From contig NMRA01000051.1 in assembly GCA_002633005.1 (NCBI GenBank), forward strand, positions 623,273 through 687,272: DNA of 64,000 nucleotides. The letters run 5' to 3'. This document shows positions 25,234 through 38,412 of the stretch, piece after piece. Under the pieces are notes generated by a model. The model worked only from the letters and a program-made list of their open reading frames with translations, was not told the origin of the DNA and did no database searches. Position numbers and translations under genes: made by a program. Within the stretch, counting starts at the first letter, position 1, and every line of letters begins with the position of its first letter. This DNA comes from Phoronis australis (Eukaryota; Animalia; Phoronida).

Positions 25234-25639
25234 TCGACAAAACCTGTTTAAACTATATATATGCGTATTTCCTCATGCCATTGTATTCAGCTCTCTCACG
25301 CGAGGCTGCACGCAATGACAAACAAATGTTCACCCGTTGCGAGCCCGCTGTCAGTCACCACACAATAGCGCAGGGTCGTTTATTTTAATCGTTGTGTTCG
25401 TGAATTTTATGTGAAAATAACATCCGCGTTATCACATATAATTTACTGATGGACCGCAATCCTCGACTGACTACGATATCAACAGTTTGATGAGCGACTA
25501 CAATACTTTCTAGACCTGATCTCTTCTTTAGTACTCATTTGCAGCAACACAGCGGTTGTGGAAGTGGTGGGCTCATAAAACTATTGAAGTTCAACGCAAG
25601 TTTCGGTAACCTTTCATTACATGTCCCATTCTCTAACAC

Positions 25640-25695
25640 GTGTTGTTGTTGTTGTTGTTGTTGTTGTGGCTGTTTGCTGCTGCTACTGCTGTTGT
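25640..25695. repeat. (GTT)n/(GCT)n compound microsatellite upstream of CACHD1-like exon 1
   Basis: Read directly; it explains the poly-C/poly-V/poly-L spurious ORFs here. Confidence 0.95.
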
Positions 25696-28600
25696 CAGTG
25701 TGGCATAGAATATTTAATTGTCAGCCTTCGTGAAGTAATTTCACGTTTCATCAAGTATCTTATTACTGTTTTTTTTCACCCCATAAACGAATTTGTTTTC
25801 TGAATCCTCGGTGCCTGAAAAATGTTAATTATATCGGACCTTGTCGACAGGACTGCGCATGCGGCCAAGTGTAATCACAAATCACAGAAATGAAAGTTGC
25901 ATTTCGCCCTGGTTAACCTTTTGACTCTCGCAAAACCGCTTATAACATATATGTTTTTGTTGGTAACTGAAGGCGAATGTTGATAAAACCGAATTTACAA
26001 GAGTGTGGACTAAGTCGATTTTTGTTTGTTTTCGCCAGCTAAACGGCGAAATACGGCTTGATCCAATGAACAAATACATATTGCTTGAATGTAGAAGACT
26101 TCAGAATTTGATACCAATCTGATATCAATTGAATCACGTTACCAAGTCTTCCTAAAATGTGGCGAAAAACATGCATACATTGAGAGGAATACAACCCGGT
26201 ACCAATAATGTGAACAAAGTTCGTTTCTGCTCAAGATGAAAACTCAGGAACTCTTTAACGTTGTTATTTCGTTTTTGTTGTATGGAACTTTTGAGTTTTA
26301 TAAGCATTTGGAAAATCCCAATCTTTAGTACCCCATGCCAAACTGGGACACTTTAAAATAATTCCTTACAAATTTTTGTAGAATTTCGTAATTAAGTACA
26401 GTTTATGAAAATTTTAGTTCAATCCCATGAGGCACTTATCACAGAGACATGATGTTCCAAAGTTTGATAAATTTTGGGACACTTTCTAGGGTTGCACATA
26501 GCTTTAAAACGATTCACAGTTCCTCATAACCACAGGGTCACCATTTTTGTAAAATTGTCATTTGCCTTGAACGTGAATTTCTAAAATGGTACTGCTGGTG
26601 GCTTCATGTTTGAATTATATATTTTTTCTGCCAGTACGTGTCTCAGATTTTTATTTATGATCAACAAGAGATGTCAGCAATCGTTGTCCCTATTTAAAAC
26701 ATAGTGGCATGTCTGTCATGTGAAATCTCAAGTTTTCGAAAGGAAATAAAAAAATTTGACACACTTTTCATTCGGCAATAGAACATAAAATAAGTTCGTA
26801 AAATTTCATGGGAATTGGAGAATATACATATGTAAACAAAACAACAATAATTAATCAACTCAAAATTTCGTATAGAATCATATCCTTTGCCAATAGAAAC
26901 AGAAATAAAGTATAATCAAACACGATGTGACAAATGACATCTACACTATCATTTACATAATTACATGTAGAAATTGTTCCATCCAATGCGTAGGACAAAC
27001 TCAACATAATCTACAAGCTAGGTTCCGCAATCATAGATTTAACATAACACATAAAACATTTCTGATACTATAGGTAACCATTTCACATCCAAAAACCATA
27101 ATCAACAAAATCTTTCTGTACAAATAATAGAAAACACCAATACCCCAGTAAACCTCTCAGACTCAAAAGAGAACAATTTTGGATATGTGACGGGACGTTA
27201 GTAACGCTTATTGTTTTTCTTATTTAGTTGCAAATGTTCAGTTATTCTTATGCTAATGTCTTTGTTGCGTCTCAGTGCGCCTTTGTTACGTGGCATGCGG
27301 GCGCGACTGTATGTGTCGAGCACTTAGCTAGCGACAGGCTTAGGAGAAGGGTATTTCCTTCCTTTGCCTTCATGAAAATTGATCGTTATCATGTGTAACT
27401 GAACTGAAATGTATGCCTGATGAGATGAAATACACATTTTTGATGTTCAGTGGAGACTTGCTCTGTTACAGATAGATAAGCTTAACACACTTGAACCCAA
27501 TGGGTTAAACATCGGACTTCTTAAATTATATCCTTTACTTTTTCTGCAACAATCTACCCATGTTCATTACGCCAAATATCAGAGGTCATTTTTCAAATCG
27601 TGTCTGATTTTATTTCATTTCTGTTTCGGTTGACAAAGGATGTGATTATATCCAAAAATTTCAGTTCATCCATTGTTATTGTTTCAGATTTATTTTCTAC
27701 GTTGTTTATTTATTTATTAATGGGAATTGGCTCACACACTAAGACAATTTGAAGTCTAAAGCTGCTAAAGGGCAGGGAAACATATCACAAATATTTGCCA
27801 TGTTGTCGCCTTAAACAACTAGCACATTATGTGAATATTAAATGCAAAAAATCACAAAAAACTTAAAATTTCCTGCTGTGCTTCCGAGAGGTGCATAACT
27901 ATAGATAAAAACGCTTGAATAGAAAATAAACAAACGCCTCTGTTTCTTTCATAACACATAATATATGGGTATCAAACGTTTCGAAATGTGCTTTTACAAA
28001 CAGAACTCAATTTTATGATAATTAAATGTATATGTGATCACGAATTATTTAGTTAATTTTTAATTTCGTCAATTGTCTGCCGTTGCACTCTGACGATTTC
28101 GTTGCGACACATCCGTGACGTTTTTCTCCACTCGTCGTCAAGCCTGACATACTTTCTTTAATACTATGGTTTTGACATCAGAAAGTGGCACTTAAAATGC
28201 AGGCATATAAAAAATCACGAAACATGAATTCTGATTTATCGTCAATACCCGACTGTAATTGAAAGAATTTAGTAAAATTTCCTTTTGACATTGTTATGGA
28301 ACAGCAATGAACGTCATTTGTAATAATGAAATGGTTCCACCCCATGGTAGTGAAATCATAACCCTAATATTTCCCAAGTCGTCGTTTTTACCTGTAGTCC
28401 AATTCTTAATTTTCGTGTCAGTTTTATATTACCCTAGTGTAAGGTAATTTGTCACACGATTTAGGTGGCTGTGAACAGTCAATTTGCCAAAGTATCAAAA
28501 TCAAAGGTTAGATTTGCCTTAGGGGCAGTTATGAGGTAGGCGTTGCATGTAGGCTCTGTGAATGTGGTTTGTTTGAATTTGTGAACATGATAGGAACAAG

Positions 28601-31399
28601 AAAAAACCACTTGCTGGGTTGTAAATTTAGCTGGCTGCACTCTTCTTCAAGATGACGGCCCAATGTTGCATTTACTAAGTAGCCATTGAGAAATCGAAAG
28701 CGATTTTAGGTCGCCCTCAAGGAAATCAGAACTTCAAAATGAAACTAGTTGGTTGACAGAGCGGAACATTTACTTTTGGGCCACATTTTTGGAATCTGAA
28801 AGAAATTTACTTTCAAAATCTAATTTTGGCTTATGTCGCGCATCGGCAGGGATGTGGTGATTTGGGGTTGCAAAGTGCCGATTTTATTTTTTGTCCCTTT
28901 TTTCTTAGCCTACTTTGCTCTTCAGTGGGAGTGAAAGGGTACAAAATACAAGAGAGGATAATGTTGCAGCTGTAGGGCTTGTTAAATGACTCAATTTTTT
29001 AAATTATATGTATACAGTTTTCGACAGAATAAAGAAAGGGCGACGAGTCCATTGACGTGTAGTCCGATAGGAAAAAATATTTAGAAAATGTTCTGTGCCC
29101 CCTCAGGTAGCCATCTCAGCTTAGTACTGCCGACATATTTGTTATTCTCCTGTTATAATTTATCACGTGATTTGATCACGTGTGCGGCACATTGTCGCCC
29201 AACATTACATTATAACCTATCATGTTTTCTCTATAGATGTTAGTCTGAGTGTGTCTGTACAGTTTGTTAAGCTCCCCGTGGCTCTAAAACCCTTTGAGGA
29301 CGTGTTTTAACACAATTCAAATTGTTGTTTTGCTAATGTCGCTCTGAGCAAGACGAAATGGCCGCAGTTGTAGTTTCATATCAATTATGTTTTTAATCAC
29401 AACATCTGTTGTATTTCATTTTTTGTATTTTTACTATACAGTGCTGGGCATAGCATGGTACTAAGCATGATAATGGCTGAATTGTTGTTCCGATATACAT
29501 GTACATTCACCTTCTTGCATTCCTTGTGTACAACAACTGTGACCTACTACTGAGACCGTTCCTTCTCTGTTACGTATATCCCGATTATTGAGAGCAACGG
29601 CAAGGCCAGCGAAACTTGTAACATTTTGTGGGCGAAATCGATCTGTTATATTCGTATTTGAAAATCTAAGATCCAATCGAAATGGCGATTAGAAAGAAAG
29701 CCTGTGGTGTAGATGGCTCTGTTTTTACTCGTGGAAGTCTCAAATCAGAAAACATCAAGATTTGTGGTGTTTACACATCAAAACCTAATACTAAAAGTGC
29801 CGTGACAGAAGGTGTGAGGTCACCGCACTTGGACAGTAGAGATTCCGCCATCTTTGTTCTAATTCTTGTCACTTCTCCCTGGGAAATGATATTAGGTCGA
29901 AAGTGGTAAAGAAAAAAAAAAATCACCAGTTAAACTCTCTTCTAGAAAACACGTGATTAACTTGCTAATTTGTATGGTAGTATGTGTATAGTGGCACATG
30001 AGGTTCAGATTGGAAAAGCTGTTTTGGTTTCAAACAAATGTGATGCAATAGGCAGCCGCCATTGTGTTTGTTTCCAATATCGACTAGTTGCTAGATACCT
30101 GAGGTAACCTCCTTCCATCCTTATAGTAGCCATATGATTATTGCCGTACTCGTTCTGCCCGATTTCAACGTTCTGCAGTGACACTAATGTAATACACTTT
30201 TCCGAGTAGTGATGTCTGTATTTAGTTATTGTTACTACGCATCACCAGCTAACAAGAAAATGACGCCTGCTAGTGAAGTTGGCACGGGTAATCTGGAGAA
30301 AATTCCCGACGACTTTTCAGTCAGCTATATTCCGAAAGGAGATAATCTTGGGGAAAGAATCGAGAGAAGGGCCAAGAAATAAGAATTTATAGAGTTGAAA
30401 ACGATGTACACTGTAAATATAAAGGCCAGGTGCTGGCGATGCACAAGCCAGAGAAGCCTCAAGAAATACGCATGCAAATTGCCGGGGAACGATTTTAGAT
30501 TTGTGTTGTTCTTGCCCTTTTGGACAAGTGATAGTAAACACCGATAAAACTGCCGTTACTATATTATAACTTCAACTATCATTGTAAATGTTTTTTCCTC
30601 TAAGAAAATTAAAAATTGATGACTTTCCTCACAGGTATCACCCAGGGGATACTCTCGCAACAAAATGCAATAAGACAGCTATTTTATGAGCATAATTAGA
30701 TTTTTAAAAAGGAGGCTTTTACTGATCTTCATTTGCTCGCCACCCCCTCACAAAAATAGTCCCTCACTCGTGAACTGAAGTTTCACAGCTTCAAGAACAT
30801 CCTGGATCAGATGAGCTGCACAATTATACCCCAACAGTAGCACATGCCCAGAGGTGCAAAAATAGCACCCAGTCCGATTAATCATCAAAAAGTTGCCAAG
30901 GCAACTGAGACAAGAACACCAGTGATTTTTTATGTAAAAATAGATACTAGTGAGTCAATAGATTTGAAATTGCAGTTAATATTGTCCCTTTGACTTGGTG
31001 ATCGAAAGATGGAAAAAAGTCATCAATCACCATTAATTTCAGCAAACATTGTTTTTGATAAAGTTTAAAATATTGTTAAACGAAATACAACATTTCCACG
31101 AGCATAATGACATTTGCAAACGAATTTAAACCAAAACCTTGTTTCCCCGTGGAACAATGAAAAATAAGTGCCAACTGCTAAATATCACGTTTAAAAAGGA
31201 GTAAAATGTGACAAAATCAACGATCGTAGAGAGGGTATCAGGTTCCAGCGACATAATGGTGTGCCCCTCCCGGTCAACAGCCGTTCCCGTGTCCTCATGG
31301 GGCACCTCCTTTTGCTGACGCCCAGGGGTAGTTGCCATTCGATTCTTACCGCAAACGCGATTCATCTTCTCAATAACTTATTACACTCACGAAGTGGTG

Positions 31400-32946
31400 C
31401 AGTGGCGGATCTAGGATATCACAAGGGGGACCCCAACATTTTGTCTGTAAACATTTGCTCAAAGCACGATTGTACATGCGCATAGCACCGAATGAGGGGA
31501 GGTCGCCCAGGAAATTTTTCTGTTTTTTCCTCTAAAAATCAAGCATTTTCCTTGATTACCGAAGTATTATCCAAGAAAAAACGGCAAAAAATCCCCGAGA
31601 AAGTGTCAAACAGGAAAAACTACAAGTGCCACAGACTCGAACTCACGACCTGGCGGATAGAGCGCGCGTGCTTTACCACTGCACCACCACAATTTAACTA
31701 TTTGATACTAAGAGACCTACTTGTTTATTGTCCACAGCGTTTGCGCGAGAAACTTTCTTTTTGTAATGCTTATTAAATGTTTTATATTTTGTGCAATCAG
31801 TTCGTAACAAATTTATTGTATTTAAAATAGTCTTCAATTGCCCAAAAGACAAAATCCGTTTTTTATGTTGGTAATAATGACACGATTGCTTTTGAAATCG
31901 TCTTAAGTTAGGGTTTGACAAAGAGAGAATTATGAGTTTCTGAGTGATTCACTAAGGCTTCGATCAAAATTGACATCTTACCACAGTGGCGGATCTAGGA
32001 TATCACAAGGGAGGGACCAACATTTTGTCTGTAAACATTTGCGCAAAGCACGATTGTAGATGCGCATAGCACAGCCCAAGAAAATGTTTCTGTTTTTCCT
32101 GTAAAAATCAAGCATTTTCCTTGATTACTGAAGTATTATTCAAGAAAAAAGGCAAAGGAAAAAAAACAGGGAGAACGTGTCAAACTTGAAATACTGCATT
32201 TACCACAGACTCGAACTCACGACCTGGCGTATACAGCGCGCGTGCTTTACCACTGCATCACCACAATTTCACTCGTATTTAGTTACTAAGAGACCTACTT
32301 GTTTATGGTCCACAGCGTTTGCGCGCGAAACCTACTTCTTTTTGTAATGCTTATTACACTTTCTATATTTTATGCAATCAGTTCGTAACATATTTGTTGT
32401 TTTTAAAATAGTCTTCAATTGTCCAAAAGACCAAATCCGTTTTTTGTGTTGGCATTAATCATGACGCGATTGCAATGGAAATCATCTTAAGTTAATGTTT
32501 GACAAAGAAAGAATTATGAGTTTCTGAGTGATTCACTAAGGCTTCGATTAAAAATCACATCTTACCAGCAGCTTCTGTTTTTTCATCGTCAATCAGATTC
32601 CATTTTTTTAAAAAAAATGAAGTAATTTTCTTCATTGTACAGTGAAGCAGACGACGGAAACGGAGTCGTAGTGCGCAGCGCCACTGCCGGTCGCGTGGGA
32701 TATCGCTGGAGAGCCTATACTCAGCCATAGTTCCGTTACGATTGCGCCGTGTTCCGAATTTGACACTTGAAATTGGATCTAAGCCCCCCCAAACACACTA
32801 AAACTTCACACACTTAATTCTTGTTTCAGCCGTATCATTTTAATTACCAGGGTTAATTAATAAACTCAACATTTCCCTACGCTCTTGCTGTTTTATTTTT
32901 TTGAGGCAGTCAAGGGGGGTCCCTGTCCCCCCTAAATCCGCCTATG
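31400..32946 (+). mobile_element. Non-autonomous DNA transposon with 5-bp TSD (TGGTG) and duplicated 5' part
   Basis: tggtg|cagtggcggatctagg ... cctaaatccgcctatg|tggtg. The left terminus restarts at 31984 and about 580 bp are repeated with divergence. Confidence 0.88.
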
Positions 32947-35900
32947 TGGTGTGAGCCGGTTAGACGGGGATAAAACTGACTTGATTTGAGCTGTCTCAAA
33001 CATGCAATATGAACTCAAGGTTTAAATTTATTATTTTCATGTTACATGAAACTCTCTTAATTCATTACAAATTTTACCAATGTTCAGCGCAATATTTGTC
33101 TTGTCAAATAATTGTTTGAGACTTGGCACTGACAGTTTTTTTTCAAGGAGTAAAAGGTGCGAACAACGCCAGGAAAAACGATTTTGTGATCTATTTCAAA
33201 ATCAAAATACGCCACACGTCATAGATAGTCAGTTTGCTAATGTAAATGTCGCAAGTGTGAAAAGTTATTGAGAGATTGGGACGCGTTTGGATTTATTAGC
33301 CGGTTAAATAAATGTTAAAAATGTTGCCGTGAAGGATAGCAACAAAGCCACCGCAGAGAATACTTTACGCGTTCTGATTGGACAATGCGCTTTGTTGCGG
33401 AAAGGTCCATCTTCTGCAGAAGAGAATGACGTGTTATCTACCTTTGATTTCTACAGACATTGTTTTGCGTTGTTGTATTTGTTGCTTCTTTCAAACGTGC
33501 CATGTATTGCTACAGCTTTGGACAAATTTAATTTTTACCATAAACATTTTATAGCCTCGGTTCATTGAACAATAATTTCCCACATGACCAGAAATGTGTT
33601 ACGACACGACTGGTTAATAATACCGAGTACGTAATTTTTTTGATATTACATTGGAGAATCACATTTTATCTTCTGCAAAACACTAAAACAACCTAACGCG
33701 CGCAAACCAAACAATGCCGGAATTCCGAAAAGGTGACAAGGTTATGATTGACAAATCGGGTGTCGCAACTGTACGTACTACCAGTCGGAAGGACATGCAA
33801 ACAACTTCTTAAACGGACCCATCTTCGGCTGCGAATACCATATCCCCGTTCATTCGAACGGAGACTAGTCCCAATTCGAGAAACGCGGCGAGACTGTCTA
33901 GTTGTGCTGTCTCAAGGTCAATTCAGTGCTAACCCGCGGGGAAGCCTTGCTGACTGTTATTTATAATCATTTTACACGTGTATGTTGTCATTTAAGTATC
34001 GCAAAGACTTTCATATTTTAACTTTGGGCTCATTTATATCTCGTTGCCAATCAAGTTTTAATTTATAGAGATATTTTCTGTTACATAAAGTCGGTTCATC
34101 AGTACTCACTTACAAGACAAAACTGATGCACTGGATAGTAAAAGTTGCAAGTTTATACCATATTTTACACTTTTATGGATTTGAACCTTAAAATTGTGAA
34201 CATTTACACTGCGATCTATTTCTCAATAAATGAGGATCTCGCAAAATGTAACAGATTTGATAAGCATAACTTATTTGGCTTCCCTATGTGCGCCCATAAA
34301 ACTCTTTCCCTGGATTGCCAACTCCCGCACGTGACTTAGGTATGCTATAATAGAGCTTGCGACCGAGAGACTAGACGCGAGAGTTTGCACTGAGAATTTC
34401 CGGTTGCCTGCTCGACTGAGTTTTGATCGAGAGTTGAAATTATCAAGTCACAAACCTAATTTCATCGCTTCATTTTCATTTTGCTATTATTATTCATCAA
34501 GCTAGACTTTTGAGGTACTGTTTTATGAAATCAGCGATCGATTTCTCGGCAAAAATAGCCAACAATCTCGACATTTATAAACGATACCAAAGGTACAATT
34601 AATTATAATATATAAAGATGTCTAATTTTGTATGAATGCCTAACTAAATTATCCATACCATGTGAGAGGGATCCATTTTTAAAGCCTTTGTTTTTATAGG
34701 GTAGAAATCTCTTGAATCGTTTCAACTATTTCCTAATGGCTTAAATATAGGCATTCATATAACTTTTCTAGTTCATTTCCTTTTTATGTTACTCTGTTAT
34801 ATTTCGCATTTTGGTCACACTCTTTGTTTTTAGAATTAAAAATATTTTTAAACCAGTTAGGTATGAGGAACGATAATTATCTATGAATTAAGTTATTTAC
34901 CTTTTGCTTTTGGTATAACCATCAAAAACTCACAAAGGATGACAATTTAGTTGAAAAACGGCGGTGTTGCGAAAAGTTTTAATGACAGTAAATTCGTTAG
35001 CAAGTGTACACACCGGAACAAACGAATGCAAACTCAAGCATGTGTGGCGCAAAATCAGCAGTCGCGGGATCAAAGTTGGCATTACAGGGCCAGAGTTTCA
35101 TTAGTGGTACGACGTGGCGCATATCAGCCAGCGCCCCATCTAGTGGTTGGCGTTGGTTTTAGACAAGCTGATCGAAAGATGTCGCTGCTTTTTCATCGCT
35201 CAACCACCGAACTGGTGGCTGTTTGACCTCAACCGACTGGCGTAGGTTAACCAAAGCCCTTATTTACGCAGATGTCACAGACACCTGAAAAAAGCATAAC
35301 TGACAAGAAGTACACTCTGTAGAGTTTCTCAAAGATGGAGAAATTAAACAAAGCCATCACTTTTTAACTTGCTACACCCACTGTGAAAAAAGCGAGATGC
35401 CAAAAAATGACCAAAGAAGTGTGATTTTGGTCATTTTTTAACTTAAAATCGCAAATTCACGACTCCCCCGGTGCAATAAAGGAGGCTATCATCCAAATGC
35501 TCCTTCACCCTGGATTAAATAATTCAGGTCATAACATGTCATTACCAACCAAATCTTTGACAATTTCCACTTGTCATAGTGTCTGAATGGTAGTGGGGAT
35601 TCGCACCAAGAACTCAAAACTCAACAAAAATGCCGACACTTCCTTATCATAGCAGACAACAGCATAGGCTACATTCATGGACTAAGTTTGCTCAAAACAA
35701 CTTCAAGGAACTACTGATTGCCATTGTAGCAACCACTTCGCATTAGTCTACAAAATTGCCGTTAAAACCGACCCATCCCATTTTCTTCATTTTTGGTGGA
35801 GCTAGCAAAATTGATCTATTCTGTCTTTAGACCTTAAACTATAGAAAGGGCGACAGATCTCCTTGCGAAATCCTATTAGACGGACGGACATTCTTTCATG

Positions 35901-36121
35901 GACTGTAGCGGTCGACATCTAGCGGGCGTGTACTCCGAAGAAAAAATATGGTTGATCACCTGTGGCTGGCGGCACATTCTATTATTTTCCTTTGCATTTT
36001 TTAACTCTACAAATCTCTAGTTATCATGACATTGCTTCAGTTTGTTAACACATGAACACGGCTGGACTATTTCGTTCGTTGTTGTGCTGTGTGTACTGTC
36101 CTGGGTCAATTGACTATTGCC

Positions 36122-36275
36122 AGCCTCCCGTTCAGTAACGCTAGGACCTCGCAAAAAAGCAAGACTTCGCGAGAATACGTGAGATTTCGCCGTGTATTTT
36201 GAATGAGAACACGTGACTTTGGATGGGTTTTAGCTAGGTCCTAGCGTAGGTCCTAGCGTCTACTGAACGCACGCC
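36122..36275. mobile_element. Short MITE family (other copies about 45623-45783 and 56289-56413)
   Basis: Shared TIR cgttcagtaacgctaggacc / cctagcgttactgaac and internal gcgaagtcttgcttttt. Confidence 0.8.
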
Positions 36276-36432
36276 AGGATTATGACTGACGGCTTAACTA
36301 AGCAATCAGAACGCAGCATTCTTGACACACCTTCGTCTGCGTTTCCTAGCCGCCATTTTACCCGACAAACAATGTCGTTGTCGGTAGCTTGAAGCTTACT
36401 TTAGTCTATAGCTCAAAAACTGTGCGATAAGA

Positions 36433-36620
36433 ATGGTGAAACGGTGTTGCTATGGCGTGTGTAGTTCTGACAGCCGTTATCACAGGTCGAGAAGAATATC
36501 CCGTCGTTTTTTGGGCATTTCCTAAGTCGAAAAAGACTGGTGACTGTGTAAATAGTTCAAACTGCGTGGACGGCCACAAGAGCAGCTAAACTTAACAATG
36601 TTGCTGGTTTACTCGAAGGT
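36433..36620 (+). pseudogene. Frameshifted THAP zinc-finger fragment, transposon-derived
   Basis: MVKRCCYGVCSSDSRY / AFPKSK / GRPQEQLNL across frames; fits the invertebrate THAP type MVKRC..G.C.SDSRY...FPKPK...CGRP..QLN. Confidence 0.65.
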
Positions 36621-38171
36621 TAAACATAAAATTAATACATTTGTTCCAAGATACGTACTTTTTTGTTTGTAGGACTATCTGATTTTGACTCCGGAGTTTC
36701 ACTCACGTGGGGGCCTTTATCTCGGCATCTGCTGGATCCCAGCACTAGTCTAGCGATAGTTCCCGGAAAATTGTTTTTAAGGACATTTTTATTATTTTTC
36801 ATAGCACAGGTACATTTTTTTTTGTTATTCATATACCCGTAGGCTGGCTTTCAACTGAATTCACCAAAATTGATAGATGCGATCGTCACATGCTGGGAGG
36901 GCACTAGATTACTGAACTCAAAGCCTCGTTCGAGCTGTTGTCACGAAAAAATAAACAGTTGAATTACTTTTGATGAGAACCTCCAGTATACACTACGTTT
37001 GTAGAGTTATGGAGAGCTCATATTGCAGGTGTTCAAACACCACACTTGGATTTATGAAGCTTTAAAAACAATTTTAGTTTTTTGTTAATGTGATGGCCAC
37101 TGACTTTTTGCCACTACACCAGACTTGTCATTTTTGTAACCTTACCACAGTTTAGTGATCATGCTACGTTTAAAATTAAATGCAAACTACCTTTATGCAA
37201 TCAAACTACAAAAAGTATGAAGTTCAGAAGAAGATTTGTCTTTATGGTGCACTGAATTACGACCAATTCCATGCGTTAATTTGACTTTTGGACACAGTCC
37301 TAGATCTACGGGAGCTAACTGCTTGCCTAGGATAAGATGAGTTTGTGCCTGAGGTACGAACTTGATTTTCTTAAACAAAACATTTCGCTCGAAGATTAGA
37401 AAAGTGTAAACAGTGCTATCGACTCCATGCGCGCACCCAGCTTTCATTATGGGGGGCTCGAATCCCTGGCGGTGTGGACCTTTTACTAACAAAATAGTCC
37501 GTCGACTAAAAAAAAAAACTGTACCACGATCGGAGCTGTACGTGCTGTGAATTGTGCATTTGCAATTTTAGTGGACTTATATCTCGTTTTCTCGGACTTT
37601 TTGTTTCTCTGAGGCGGACCTTTTTGCCCACTTCGCCAAATGGGTTGGGGGGTCGACAATCAGCTGTGACCTACTGTCCTTTTCATTTGGCGGAATTTAG
37701 CAGCCGGCAGAATAAAAATGTCGGCGAATCTTCACTGATTTTGTTCGAAATATCCTGTAATCTAGGGCATCGTACAGATAATTCGACTTTAAGGAACATA
37801 CCCAGCTTTACATTAACATATCACATCATTGGCCGTGTCAGTTTTCAAGTCGGATGGTGAACCCCATGTGGGGTTCTTCGGATTTTCGCTGGCTCCGAAA
37901 TACTTTTCCTCGAACACTTATTTTTTCATCGTCGCAAATCGTTACAAATTCCCAAGTCATGAACGTACGATTCTCAGCTGAAAAATACCGCCTGTTGTCT
38001 TTGTCGAAGCGTTTTCGGAAAGTGCAAAAACGCTCATCAACTCCACCACTGAGGAACGTCGTTTAGCCACTGTGTATTTGCCTCTGACATCTTGTTTGTT
38101 TGTCGGGCATCACGTGACTTTTCGCAAGGAGGCAGGGCTTGCGATGAGTGAATTATAATGTGTCATCTATG

Positions 38172-38412
38172 CATGCACGCACCCAGCCTAAAATATGGGG
38201 GGGGGCTCGAATTTTTGGGGTGCGGACCTTTTACTGAACGGGACCATTAGGTTCGGGATTACGGATTGTGCATCCGCGCCGAATTCCTGTAGGCTTTGTG
38301 GACTTTTGTCTCGTTTACTCGGACTTTTTGTTTAGCTGAGGCGCACCTTTTTGCCCAATGATTTCGCCACTTTGGGGGACTCCTTCGAGCCCCTTCCCTG
38401 GTTGCGCCCATG
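38172..38412. mobile_element. CATG...CATG short DNA element with near-perfect 5-bp TSD (ctatg/ttatg); related copy about 37426-37655
   Basis: catgcacgcacccag ... ctggttgcgcccatg termini; internal blocks ggggggctcgaat, ggaccttttact and ctcggactttttgttt are shared with 37426-37655. Confidence 0.65.
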
